Positions 54,133-63,527 of a DNA stretch of 64,000 nucleotides are shown here, in pieces. The DNA is from Hyphomonas sp. (GTDB lineage Bacteria; Pseudomonadota; Alphaproteobacteria; Caulobacterales; Hyphomonadaceae): the NCBI RefSeq assembly GCF_036964145.1, contig NZ_JBALUC010000005.1:83012-147011 (forward strand). The letters are read 5' to 3'. The notes under the pieces are model-generated. The model saw nothing but the letters and a program-made list of their open reading frames with translations, did not search any database and was not told the DNA's origin. The first letter of the stretch is position 1; each line of letters starts with the position of its first letter. A program made the translations under genes and the position numbers.

Positions 54133-55157
54133 GCCGTGAGGGCACCGTTTCTGATCCCAATGCGCAAGGTGGCGACGCGCTGGACCGCGCGCTGCGCCCG
54201 CAGGCGTTTGATGATTATGTCGGGCAGCGCAAGGCAAAATCGAACCTCAAAGTCTATGTCGATGCGGCCCGCAAACGCGAAGAGGCGCTGGACCATGTCC
54301 TCCTGTTCGGCCCGCCGGGGCTCGGCAAGACGACGCTGGCGCAGATCCTTGCCCGTGAAATGGGCGTCGGCTTCCGCGCGACCTCCGGCCCCGTCATTGC
54401 CAAGGCGGGTGACCTGGCGGCGATCCTGACAAATCTCGAGCCCAATGACGTCCTCTTCATTGACGAGATCCACCGCCTGCCGCCGGTCGTGGAGGAAATC
54501 CTTTATCCGGCGATGGAGGATTACGCCCTCGATATTGTCATCGGCGAAGGCCCGTCCGCGCGGTCGGTGCGGCTGGACCTGTCCCCCTTCACCCTTGTCG
54601 GCGCCACCACCCGGGCCGGCCTGCTCGCAACGCCGTTGCGTGACCGGTTCGGCATCCCGATGCGGCTCGAATTCTATGAGCCGGAAGAACTGGCCCGCAT
54701 CGTCATGGCCGCAGCGCGCAAGCTGACCGCGCCGATCACGGAGGAAGGCGCCGTCGAGATCGCCAGCCGCGCGCGGGGCACGCCGCGTATCGCGCTGCGC
54801 CTGCTGCGCCGGGTACGGGACTTTGCCGAGGCCGATGGCGGATCTATCACCCAGGAATCGGCGGCGAGCGCGCTGAAACGGCTGGAAATCGATTCCGATG
54901 GCCTCGATGCGCTGGACCGGCGCTATCTCCATGCGCTGGTGAAAACCTATGCCGGGGGGCCGGTCGGCGTGGAAACGCTGGCGGCGGCCCTGTCGGAGGC
55001 GCGCGATGCGGTGGAAGACGTGATCGAGCCTTACCTGATGCAGAAAGGCTATGTCGCCCGCACGCCGCGGGGCCGGGTTGCGGCGCCTCTGGCCTATGAA
55101 CGCCTTGGCCTCCCGAGTCCTGGCGGGCAGCAGACGGGCCTGTTCGGCGAAAAATAG
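54129..55157 (+). CDS. ruvB: Holliday junction branch migration helicase RuvB
   Basis: [34 protein letters not shown]. Confidence 0.97.
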   Translation: MSREGTVSDPNAQGGDALDRALRPQAFDDYVGQRKAKSNLKVYVDAARKREEALDHVLLFGPPGLGKTTLAQILAREMGVGFRATSGPVIAKAGDLAAILTNLEPNDVLFIDEIHRLPPVVEEILYPAMEDYALDIVIGEGPSARSVRLDLSPFTLVGATTRAGLLATPLRDRFGIPMRLEFYEPEELARIVMAAARKLTAPITEEGAVEIASRARGTPRIALRLLRRVRDFAEADGGSITQESAASALKRLEIDSDGLDALDRRYLHALVKTYAGGPVGVETLAAALSEARDAVEDVIEPYLMQKGYVARTPRGRVAAPLAYERLGLPSPGGQQTGLFGEK

Positions 55158-55254
55158 CCCCCTGCCCGGCGGGGTACGTAGTTTTCCCGATTCCGCGCGG
55201 CTGCGCCCCATGTCCTGATAGGGTCAGACACACCAGATCAGGGAGCCTATCCAC

Positions 55255-55497
55255 ATGTCTCACACCCCCCACGAACTCGTCGAGGAATTCCCGGACGCCG
55301 CCGAGCGCATCCATGCGCTGAAGGAGACCGACGGACATTTTGCCCGCCTCGCCGACGACTATCATGAGGTGAACCGCCAGATTCACCGCATCGAGACAAA
55401 TGTGGAGCCGGCAAGCGATGCCTTCCAGACCCAGCTGCGCAAGCACCGCATGGCGCTCAAGGATGAAATTCACACCATCCTGACCGCCCCCGCCTGA
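55255..55497 (+). CDS. DUF465/YdcH family protein
   Basis: MSHTPHEL.EEFP..AERIHALK..D.HF..L...Y...N..IHR.E...RM.LKDEI. Confidence 0.88.
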   Translation: MSHTPHELVEEFPDAAERIHALKETDGHFARLADDYHEVNRQIHRIETNVEPASDAFQTQLRKHRMALKDEIHTILTAPA

Positions 55498-55519
55498 GCG
55501 GATATGAGGGAACCGGATC

Positions 55520-55648
55520 ATGGGTAATCTGAGCGTTGATGCCCTGGCCATTGCCGCCCTTTTCGGCTTTGCCAGCCTGTTGCTGATCGGGGCCGGCCTG
55601 ACGGCGTGGCTGTGGAAACAATCCGGCAAGTCCGAAGGGGATTTGTAA
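55520..55648 (+). CDS. 42-aa single-TM small protein (absent from ORF track)
   Basis: GAGGGA RBS; MGNLSVDALAIAALFGFASLLLIGAGLTAWLWKQSGKSEGDL-stop fills the gap between the two DUF465 genes. Confidence 0.65.
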   Translation: MGNLSVDALAIAALFGFASLLLIGAGLTAWLWKQSGKSEGDL

Positions 55649-55662
55649 GCGGAGCCGAGAAC

Positions 55663-55902
55663 ATGACGCACCATATCGGAGAACTGGTCGGCGAGTTCCC
55701 GGACGCCGTGGACCGCATTCTCGAACTGGAATCGACCAATCCGAGATTCTCGGATCTGGCCGATGCCTATGATGAGACCATGGACGCCCTGCAACAGCTC
55801 GAATGCCGGCTGGACCCCGCCGCCAGCGAGGAGGAATGCGCGCGGCTGCACCGCCGCGAAGTGGAACTCCTGCAGGAACTCTGCACCCTCCTCGTGAGCT
55901 GA
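55663..55902 (+). CDS. DUF465/YdcH-like paralog
   Basis: MTHHIGELVGEFPDAVDRI.EL...NPRF..LAD.Y, clearly similar to 55255-55497; GGAG RBS. Confidence 0.75.
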   Translation: MTHHIGELVGEFPDAVDRILELESTNPRFSDLADAYDETMDALQQLECRLDPAASEEECARLHRREVELLQELCTLLVS

Positions 55903-55925
55903 GATTGTTCGGAGACAGAGATATT

Positions 55926-56107
55926 TGTCATCCCGGAATGTGCGCCAGCAAATAGCCGGGAGCCTGCGCCGATAGCTTCGTGCGCACCCGTCATCCTTCA
56001 ACTTCGCTCAGGATGAGTCCTTGCTTTATGCGCGCTCATGCTGAGCGAAGTCGAAGCACGGACGCGGGCTGTGGCCGGATAAGCGCGGTGCGCTTTCCGG
56101 GATGACA
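55926..56107. repeat. Nested inverted REP doublets (182 bp)
   Basis: Outer 13-bp terminal inverted repeat TGTCATCCCGGAA (55926-55938 / 56095-56107); inner pair TCATCCTTCAACTTCGCTCAGGATGA (55991-56016) and TCATGCTGAGCGAAGTCGAAGCA (56036-56058). Confidence 0.8.
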
Positions 56108-56608
56108 GGATTGCGGGGTTGATGTCCTCCCTGCACAAACATCCGGACTGGCACTCGCCATCCGGGTATCCCTCATTCCAGCTCCGCGAGGCGAAGCCGA
56201 GGCGCGGCGGGCGCCGTGGCGCTCCGCCTTGAGTTTGGAATGGCTACGGAATGGAGCGTTACCGCCCGCCGCGCCGGCCAGGAATTTCGGCGAGCACCCT
56301 CAAGGGGGCCCATGGTCCCGGGTCTTCGTTACCGGCGCCGCGCGAACGGATCCATCGTGCTTTCCCACGCATGGCCCATCCGGGGATTGCTCCCGGGCTG
56401 CCGGACGAGGCGGATTCCCAACTTGCTTTCGCAAGCCCACCCTGGCCTGACCTGCCTAGGCGCGCATCGGACCGTCGCCCCGACCCGCACCCTCCTGACC
56501 CTGCCCCCACAACCAGAACGGTACCTGATCCGGCTCCTGTGAGAGCAGATGCTTAGTATGGGGTAAGGGGGTATCAGGCGGATACGGGATCAAAACCTCA
56601 CCTCCGAA

Positions 56609-56698
56609 GATACCTGCGAATGCAGGTATCCATCTCCTGCTGCTCCCTCATGCACAGGAGGAAACATCCGGAGATGGGCCCCTGCCTCCGCAGGGGCC
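56609..56698. repeat. Degenerate inverted REP doublet
   Basis: TACCTGCGAATGCAGGTATCCATCTCC and the inverted CCCCTGCGGAGGCAGGGGCCCATCTCC. Confidence 0.7.
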
Positions 56699-56784
56699 TG
56701 CGGGGAAGCCTATCTCTCTCCCACAAACACCGCTTCCCCGGCATGCGCCGGAGAGGCGGGGAGAGGAAACCGTCTTTCCTCACG

Positions 56785-56940
56785 CGTCATCCCCGACGCG
56801 CAGCGTCTGGGGACCCATCTCTGAAAGATGCCCCCGGAACGTCCTGCGCGGTGAAGGGATTGCGGGCGTGCAATGCCCCTCGCTCATATGGCGTCGTCCC
56901 GTGATGCCCCCCAGACCGCCAATGCGGTCGGGGGTGACGC
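56785..56940. repeat. CGTC-tagged inverted REP doublet downstream of GIY-YIG gene
   Basis: CGTCATCCCCGACGCGCAGCGTCTGGGGACCCATCTCTGAA and the inverted CGTCACCCCCGACCGCATTGGCGGTCTGGGGGGCATC. Confidence 0.85.
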
Positions 56941-56959
56941 CAGGAGTGCAGACCGCTCC

Positions 56960-57262
56960 CTACCCCGTGATCTCGAACCACAAATCCTTCCAATGAGGAT
57001 TGCGCTCCGTGATCAGATTGATCTTGCTCTTCCGCCGATAGGATTTCAGGGATTTCTCACGCGCAATCGCTCTGCTGATCTCATCATGCAGTTCGTACCA
57101 GACAAGCATCCGGCAGCCATGCGTCTTGGAAAAGCCCCGGAACACGCCTTCGCGGTGTTGCCAGACGCGCTGGACAAGGTGGGACGTGACCCCGGTATAG
57201 AGCGCGCCCTGCTTGCGATTGGCCATCATGTAGACGGCAATTATGCGGTCCTCATTGGCCAT
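56960..57262 (-). CDS. Stand-alone GIY-YIG nuclease (100 aa)
   Basis: AVYMMAN...ALYTGVT..L..RVWQHR...AIAREKSLK...NPHWKDL; catalytic Tyr/Arg/Glu/Asn positions intact; GGGAG RBS. Confidence 0.93.
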   Translation of the reverse strand: MANEDRIIAVYMMANRKQGALYTGVTSHLVQRVWQHREGVFRGFSKTHGCRMLVWYELHDEISRAIAREKSLKSYRRKSKINLITERNPHWKDLWFEITG

Positions 57263-57306
57263 GCCCAGCTCCCTTCCCAAACCTCCCTACACAAGAACAA
57301 AAATTG

Positions 57307-57468
57307 CGTCATGCCCGATGGCCGCAGGCCATCTGGGAACCCATCTCTGAACGATATTACAGAGAACGTCATGCGCCGTGTGGAGAAACTCGCACGCCCC
57401 CGCACCGGACGCATCCGGTTGCCCCGTTCAGCGATGGGCCCCCAGACGCTGCGCGTCGGGGGTGACGC
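57307..57468. repeat. CGTC-tagged inverted REP doublet upstream of GIY-YIG gene
   Basis: CGTCATGCCCGATGGCCGCAGGCCATCTGGGAACCCATCTCTGAA and the inverted CGTCACCCCCGACGCGCAGCGTCTGGGGGCCCATCGCTGAA. Confidence 0.85.
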
Positions 57469-57570
57469 CAGGAGGAGAGGATGGCCCCTTCACTTCCCTG
57501 CTAGGGCAAAATAAAAACTCTCCAACCGACAGCCACAACGAGCCATAACCCAATAAACGATCTGAGCTCC

Positions 57571-58668
57571 CTAACTCATCCACCTCAACACCCGCGCCTC
57601 AATCGGGTTCGCGAAGTCGCGCCCTTCTGTCCGGCATTCCGTCCACTCACGTTTTAGCCGCTGGTACCATTTGGCCTGGATGTCGATGTCGTCGATCCAC
57701 ATCATGGCTTTCTGGTGGGCCATGCCCTGATTTTGCAAATCCACCATGTCGCCATCCTGGCGCAGGAATTTGCGGGCCATCGGCTTGGCGATGGGCACGG
57801 CGAGGTGGAGCAGCGGCGCGCCGGTCCACCAGGTGAACTGGGTGATCCGTGTGCGTTTCGGGGCCTCAGGCGTCAGGCAGGTGAGCGTCAGCAGGCGGGC
57901 CTTGTCATTCGAGATGATCTCCCAGCGATAGCCGGGCAGCTGGAACCGGATCTCGGTTTCCACATCATCCCCGAAGACCCAGCGATACAATTTCGAGTTC
58001 GAGCTGGGCGGATGGCGGTCAATCGCCCAGCCGCGCTCCGTCGGGATGAAGGGCTTTTCCTTCAGCTTCAGGCCCACGGAAGGCGGACGCCACCACCATT
58101 GATTGTGCACGAAGGGCACATGGGCCGGGTCCATCAGGCCGACCACGGCATCATCCATATGGGCGTTGAACACGTCATGGATGACAAAGCCGGGCTTGTC
58201 CGGCAGCGGGCCGAATTCCGGTGGCGGCACGGCGGGGGGCGTGTCCGCGCGGGGATTGTGGGCGACATAGAGATAGACCGCGCCATTGGCCTCATGCACC
58301 GGATAGCGGCGCACTTTTACCCTGGACGGGTCATAGGGGCTGTCGTCGGTGAGGGACGGCATCAGCTTGCAGCCGCCATCCGTGCCAAAGCGCCAGCCAT
58401 GATACGGGCATTGCAGCGTCCACTCGCCATCGGTCTCCAGCTGCTGGCCCGCAGACAGCGGCACGAGGCGGTGGGGGCAGATGTCGCGCAGGGCGAACGC
58501 CTCCCCTGCCGGGGTGCGGCCGACCACGACAGGCTCTCCCAGCACCATGATGCGATGCTGCTTGCCCGGGGCCAGGTCGGTCGACGGGGCCGCGAGATAC
58601 CAGCTGTCGGTGAGGTAGCCCTCCTCGGTGATGCCCGTCTTGGGCGCGGTGTGTTGTGTATCTGGCAT
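57571..58668 (-). CDS. Rieske non-heme iron oxygenase (VanA-like alpha subunit)
   Basis: CPHR...CPYHGW Rieske motif; DPAHVPFVH mononuclear iron motif. Confidence 0.9.
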   Translation of the reverse strand: MPDTQHTAPKTGITEEGYLTDSWYLAAPSTDLAPGKQHRIMVLGEPVVVGRTPAGEAFALRDICPHRLVPLSAGQQLETDGEWTLQCPYHGWRFGTDGGCKLMPSLTDDSPYDPSRVKVRRYPVHEANGAVYLYVAHNPRADTPPAVPPPEFGPLPDKPGFVIHDVFNAHMDDAVVGLMDPAHVPFVHNQWWWRPPSVGLKLKEKPFIPTERGWAIDRHPPSSNSKLYRWVFGDDVETEIRFQLPGYRWEIISNDKARLLTLTCLTPEAPKRTRITQFTWWTGAPLLHLAVPIAKPMARKFLRQDGDMVDLQNQGMAHQKAMMWIDDIDIQAKWYQRLKREWTECRTEGRDFANPIEARVLRWMS

Positions 58669-58833
58669 GGGCAGGACCGGTCTTGTGACGATGGTCCCTG
58701 ATTACCGCATTTGACCGGGGGGAACCAGAGCGCGGGCTGTCGCGGGACTGCGCCCCGATCCGGGCCGAATATTGCCAGCGCGGCGATTGGCAATAAGGTG
58801 TCGCCTTTGGTGAGGACACTGAGGGGGAGCGGC

Positions 58834-60423
58834 ATGGCCGAGACAGCAGTCAACAAGGGATTCCTGGGATGGGTGGAGAAGACAGGCAACCGCCTGCCGG
58901 ACCCGGTGTTCCTGTTCTTCTATTTGATTATTGCCCTGATGGTGATCTCGCAGATCGCGGCCTGGGCCAGCCTCACGGCGCCGCACCCGACCCAAATAAC
59001 CGAGGCAGGCACGCCGCTGGTGATCGAATCGGCGAGCCTGTTCTCGGCCGAGAACATCCAGCGCCTCTGGGTGGAGATGCCGAAGACGTTCACCCACTTC
59101 CATCCGCTCGGCTATGTTCTGGTCGTGATGCTGGGCGCGGGCGTGGCCGAGCGCTCAGGCCTGTTCTCCAGCGCGATCCGCGCGGCGGTGCGCAATGCGC
59201 CGAAATTCCTGCTGACGCCGCTGGTGGCGCTGGTGGCGATGCTGTCGAACCATGCCGCCGATGCCGGCTATGTCGTGATGATCCCGCTGGCGGGCATATT
59301 GTTCGCCTCGGCCGGGCGCCATCCGCTGGCCGGGATCGCGGCGGCGTTTGCGGGCGTGTCGGGCGGGTTTTCCGCCAATATCTCACCGGGCCAGTTGGAC
59401 GCGCTCCTGTTCGGCATAACTGAGGCAGCCTATGGCGCGAGCAATATCGACGCCGGATGGGCCATGAACATTGCCGGCAACACCTATTTCATCATCGCAC
59501 TGCTGGTGATCTACCTGCCGGTTATCTGGTATGTGACCGACAAGATCATCGAGCCTCGCCTTGGCACATGGATTCCGGGGCCGGAGGCCGCCGTGCAGGC
59601 GGGCGATGAGGACAAGCCCCTCACCCGGGACCAGCAAAAGGGCCTGCGCATGTCAGGGCTGGCTGTGCTGGGCGTGTGCGCGCTGTGGGCGTTGATGACG
59701 TTCGGGCCGGGCACGCCGCTGCTGGCCGATGGGCCGGGCACCGAGGGCGACCCGTGGTACCAGAAGGCCGGACCGTTCTTCCGTTCCCTCGTCGCAGGGT
59801 TCCTCGTCCTGTTCCTCGCCGCAGGCTGGGCCTATGGCGCGGCGGCCAACACGATCAACAATCACCGCGACCTTGTGAACATGATGGCCGAGGCAATGAA
59901 GGATATGGGCTATTATCTCGTGCTGGCCTTTGCGGCGGCGCATTTCGTGGCGATGTTCGGCTGGTCGAACCTTGGCCTGATCTCGGCCGTGCACGGGGCC
60001 GATGCGATCCAGAACAGCGGCCTGCCGCTGCCGATCGTGCTGGGCCTGATCGTATTATTCTCGGCGTTGCTGAACCTGTTTGTCGGCTCGGCGAGTGCGA
60101 AATGGGCGCTGCTGGCGCCTGTGCTGGTGCCGATGCTGATGCTGCTGGGGATCAGCCCGGAAGGCGCAACGGCAGCCTATCGCGTCGGGGATGGCGCAAC
60201 CAATATCATCACGCCGCTGATGGTCTACTTCCCGCTGATCCTGGTGTTCGCACGGCGCTGGCAGGATGATTTCGGCCTGGGCAGCCTGACAGCGATGATG
60301 ATTCCCTATTCGGTCTGGATGCTGCTGACGGGTGTCGTGCTGATGATGGGGTGGATTTTCCTCGGCATGGATTTCGGGCCCGGCGCCCCGGCGCATATCA
60401 CCGTGCCGGGTACGGGCGGGTAG
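58834..60423 (+). CDS. AbgT family transporter
   Basis: EKTGNRLPDP, FHPLG.VLV.MLGAGVAE, GRHPLAG, SAKWALLAP, AYRVGD..TNIITP. Confidence 0.94.
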   Translation: MAETAVNKGFLGWVEKTGNRLPDPVFLFFYLIIALMVISQIAAWASLTAPHPTQITEAGTPLVIESASLFSAENIQRLWVEMPKTFTHFHPLGYVLVVMLGAGVAERSGLFSSAIRAAVRNAPKFLLTPLVALVAMLSNHAADAGYVVMIPLAGILFASAGRHPLAGIAAAFAGVSGGFSANISPGQLDALLFGITEAAYGASNIDAGWAMNIAGNTYFIIALLVIYLPVIWYVTDKIIEPRLGTWIPGPEAAVQAGDEDKPLTRDQQKGLRMSGLAVLGVCALWALMTFGPGTPLLADGPGTEGDPWYQKAGPFFRSLVAGFLVLFLAAGWAYGAAANTINNHRDLVNMMAEAMKDMGYYLVLAFAAAHFVAMFGWSNLGLISAVHGADAIQNSGLPLPIVLGLIVLFSALLNLFVGSASAKWALLAPVLVPMLMLLGISPEGATAAYRVGDGATNIITPLMVYFPLILVFARRWQDDFGLGSLTAMMIPYSVWMLLTGVVLMMGWIFLGMDFGPGAPAHITVPGTGG

Positions 60424-60541
60424 CTAAGTCAGACAGGGCAAACCCGGCCTGGCAGATGCCAGACCGGGCTCCCACCCCGGCGACCGGCCGGAGTTATGGG
60501 GCAGCCGACCACCGTCTATGGGGTGAAATTGTGGGTCGGGA

Positions 60542-61036
60542 TCAGGCCGCTTCGCGGTTCACTTCGCCTTCGGCCAGTTGCGACATCTCGCGGTCACCTG
60601 AATAGGTATTGTCGAGACAGGTCTGCAGCTGGTCGGCGTCGTCTGTCAGTTTGAGGCGGCGAGCAAAGGCCAGCACGGTGCCGTAGCCGGCCAGCGCGTA
60701 GTGCGTCATGCGCTGGTATTGGGAGATGATGGAGGCGTCGCGCACGTCGCCATCCTCGATCTCGGCGTCGATGGCATGGGCCTTGGCCTCTTTGACGAGA
60801 CCTTCCATGCCCTGGCAGAATTCCCCGCGCGGATCTGCCTTGTGCTTGCGGATCAGCCCTTCGACGGCGTTGATCCCGTCATTGATGCCACTGACGCCGC
60901 GCTTCAGTGCGTCCTGCAGCTTCGGATTGTGGGCCTTCTCGGCGAGCTTTTCGGTCACCTTGAGAGATTGACGATTGGCGCTGTAGAGATCCTGCAGCTG
61001 GTCGATATAGAGGTCCTGGAGGGTCGTGATGCTCAT
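60542..61036 (-). CDS. DUF892 / YciE-YciF ferritin-like protein
   Basis: L.DLYSA..Q, C.GMEGLVKE, Q.M.HY..AGYGT. Confidence 0.9.
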   Translation of the reverse strand: MSITTLQDLYIDQLQDLYSANRQSLKVTEKLAEKAHNPKLQDALKRGVSGINDGINAVEGLIRKHKADPRGEFCQGMEGLVKEAKAHAIDAEIEDGDVRDASIISQYQRMTHYALAGYGTVLAFARRLKLTDDADQLQTCLDNTYSGDREMSQLAEGEVNREAA

Positions 61037-61078
61037 GGGGAAATCCTTCCTGAGTACGTGTTCGTGATACGCAGAATC

Positions 61079-61103
61079 AATGGAAGGCCTGCCCGTTCGT
61101 TCC
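61079..61103 (-). promoter_or_regulatory. General-stress ECF (sigmaT/EcfG) promoter of DUF892 gene
   Basis: Minus strand GGAAC-N16-CATT about 43 nt upstream of the ATG. Confidence 0.65.
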
Positions 61104-61219
61104 GGAGTTTCCTGATTTTAATGGAAAACCGCGACATTCTGCACCTGACGGCGCCAGAACCGGGCCCCGCCTGAACGAGAACGCTTCCCGCGAGGCCAAA
61201 GCGCGGTTATATCCCGCCC

Positions 61220-63025
61220 ATGACACCACGCGACAAAATCCGGAATTTTTCCATCATCGCCCATATCGACCATGGCAAGTCGACGCTGGCCGACCGCCTG
61301 ATCCAGACCTGCGGCGGCCTGACTGACCGGGAGATGAAGGAACAGGTGCTCGACTCGATGGATATCGAGAAAGAGCGCGGCATCACCATCAAGGCCCAGA
61401 CCGTGCGTCTGGAATACACCGCCCAGGATGGCGAGACCTATACGCTGAACCTGATGGATACGCCGGGCCATGTCGACTTTGCCTATGAAGTCAGCCGGTG
61501 CCTTGCAGCCTGTGAAGGTTCGCTGCTGGTCGTGGACGCCTCGCAGGGCGTCGAGGCGCAGACGCTGGCAAACGTCTATCAGGCAATCGACCAGAACCAT
61601 GAGATCGTGCCCGTCCTGAACAAGGTTGACCTGCCAGCCGCCGATGTGGAGCGCGTGAAGGCCCAGATCGAGGATGTGATCGGGCTTGATGCCTCTGATG
61701 CCATCGAGACGTCTGCCAAAACCGGCCTCGGCATCGCCGAAACGCTGGAAGCCATCGTGACGCGCCTGCCCGCCCCGAAAACCGGCGAGGTCGATGCGCC
61801 GCTGAAAGCTGCGCTGGTGGACGCCTATTACGACCCGTATCTTGGCGTGGTGGTGATCGTGCGCATTCATGATGGCGTTCTGAAGAAGAAGGCAAAGATC
61901 AAGATGATGCGCACCGGCGCAGTCTATGAAGTGGACAAGGTCGGTACGTTCAATCCGAAGATTACCGAAACCGACGCCCTCGGGCCGGGCGAGGTCGGCT
62001 TCCTTGTCGCCTCGATCAAGGAAGTTGGCGAAACCGCCGTCGGTGATACGATCACGGAAGAAAAGCGCCCCTGCGACAAGCCTCTGGCAGGCTATAAGGA
62101 CGTTCAGCCGGTCGTGTTCTGCGGCCTGTTCCCGATGGATGCGGGCGACTTTGACGATCTGCGCGCCGCGATGGGCAAGCTACGCCTGAATGATGCGAGC
62201 TTTACGTGGGAGATGGAAACATCTGCCGCGCTCGGCATGGGCTTCCGCTGTGGCTTCCTCGGCCTGCTGCATCTCGAAATCATCCAGGAACGTCTCAGCC
62301 GCGAGTTCGACCTCGACCTGATCGCCACCGCCCCCAGCGTCGTCTATGAAATGACGATGACGGACGGCACCGAGATCGAACTGCACAACCCCGCCGACAT
62401 GCCGGATGTGGTGCGCATCAGCGAGATTCGCGAGCCGTGGATCAATGCGACGATCTACACACCGGACGAATATCTTGGCGGCATCCTCAAGCTCTGCCAG
62501 GACCGGCGCGGCATCCAGACCGAACTGTCATACGTTGGCGGACGGGCGATGGTGAAATACGAACTGCCGCTGAACGAAGTCGTGTTCGACTTCTATGATC
62601 GCCTGAAATCGATCAGCCGGGGCTATGCGAGCTTTGACTATGAGATTGTCGGCCACCGCGCCGAGAACCTCGTCAAGCTGCAGATTCTGGTCAATGACGA
62701 GCCGGTCGATGCGCTCGCCATGCTGGTCCACCGTGACCGCGCCGAAAGCCGGGGTCGTCAGATGTGCGAACGTCTGAAAGACCTCATCCCCCGCCAGATG
62801 TTCAAGATTCCGATCCAGGCCGCGATTGGCGGCAAGGTGATCGCGCGCGAAACCCTCAGTGCCATGAGGAAAGACGTGACGGCAAAATGCTATGGCGGTG
62901 ACGCCAGCCGGAAACGGAAACTGCTCGACAAGCAGGCCGCCGGCAAGAAACGCATGCGCCAGTTCGGCAAGGTCGAGATTCCGCAGGAAGCATTTGTGGC
63001 CGCGTTGCGGATGGATGGGGACTAG
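61220..63025 (+). CDS. lepA: Elongation factor 4 (LepA)
   Basis: [43 protein letters not shown]. Confidence 0.98.
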   Translation: MTPRDKIRNFSIIAHIDHGKSTLADRLIQTCGGLTDREMKEQVLDSMDIEKERGITIKAQTVRLEYTAQDGETYTLNLMDTPGHVDFAYEVSRCLAACEGSLLVVDASQGVEAQTLANVYQAIDQNHEIVPVLNKVDLPAADVERVKAQIEDVIGLDASDAIETSAKTGLGIAETLEAIVTRLPAPKTGEVDAPLKAALVDAYYDPYLGVVVIVRIHDGVLKKKAKIKMMRTGAVYEVDKVGTFNPKITETDALGPGEVGFLVASIKEVGETAVGDTITEEKRPCDKPLAGYKDVQPVVFCGLFPMDAGDFDDLRAAMGKLRLNDASFTWEMETSAALGMGFRCGFLGLLHLEIIQERLSREFDLDLIATAPSVVYEMTMTDGTEIELHNPADMPDVVRISEIREPWINATIYTPDEYLGGILKLCQDRRGIQTELSYVGGRAMVKYELPLNEVVFDFYDRLKSISRGYASFDYEIVGHRAENLVKLQILVNDEPVDALAMLVHRDRAESRGRQMCERLKDLIPRQMFKIPIQAAIGGKVIARETLSAMRKDVTAKCYGGDASRKRKLLDKQAAGKKRMRQFGKVEIPQEAFVAALRMDGD

Positions 63026-63450
63026 CCCTTCCGGCCTGTCAGCCCAACAGGACTAGCCTTCGGCGAAATCCGCCCCGTCATGGCGGCGCGGAGGATGCGG
63101 CGGAAGGTGGGGCATTCCATATGGCTGGGCGCGCGGCACTTGGCGGCGTGATGCAGGCCATCGCGCATGATCGTCATTTGACGGATCTTCTTGTCCAGTT
63201 CGTCGGCCTTGGCGATGAGGGCTGCGCGTTCGATGCGCGGGCCTTCCGGGGACATCATCGCGGCAATCTCGTCCAGTGTGAAGCCCGCCGCGCGGCCGAG
63301 CGAGATGAGGCCCAAACGCTCCAGCACATCCGCATCAAACAGGCGCCTGAGCCCCCGCCGCCCCGTCGAGCGGATCAGGCCGCGCTCTTCATAATAGCGC
63401 AGGGTGGACGCCGGGATTCCGGATTGTTTGGCAACGTCGGAAATTTCCAT
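63022..63450 (-). CDS. MerR family transcriptional regulator
   Basis: I..VAK.SG...[18 protein letters not shown]; C-terminal C...SH.ECP. Confidence 0.92.
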   Translation of the reverse strand: MEISDVAKQSGIPASTLRYYEERGLIRSTGRRGLRRLFDADVLERLGLISLGRAAGFTLDEIAAMMSPEGPRIERAALIAKADELDKKIRQMTIMRDGLHHAAKCRAPSHMECPTFRRILRAAMTGRISPKASPVGLTGRKG

Positions 63451-63459
63451 GATACACTC

Positions 63460-63490
63460 TTGACCTCAAGTCGGCTTGAAGTGGCAGGAT
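63460..63490 (+). promoter_or_regulatory. MerR-type promoter with 19-bp spacer and dyad operator
   Basis: TTGACC-19 nt-CAGGAT with TCAAG-tcgg-CTTGA dyad inside the spacer. Confidence 0.75.
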
Positions 63491-63527
63491 GCCTCCACAA
63501 GATCGCAAAGACAAGGAGCGCGGCACG

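Noticed and set aside
56110-56600. Group II intron, tmRNA, RNase P, SRP or cobalamin riboswitch
   Set aside because: A GTGCG occurs on the minus strand, but no domain V or RT ORF was found; hallmark motifs of the other RNAs were not seen.
57263-57306. LexA box before the GIY-YIG gene
   Set aside because: Only one half-site (AAGAACAAAA); no second GAAC at 7-nt spacing.
55926-57474. CRISPR array or integron attC interpretation of the repeats
   Set aside because: Repeats are inverted pairs of varying sequence and spacing, not direct repeats with unique spacers; no cas or intI gene and no RYYYAAC/GTTRRRY ends.
56873-57514. 213-aa plus-strand ORF across the GIY-YIG gene
   Set aside because: Antisense to the GIY-YIG gene and runs through REP sequence; no recognisable protein.
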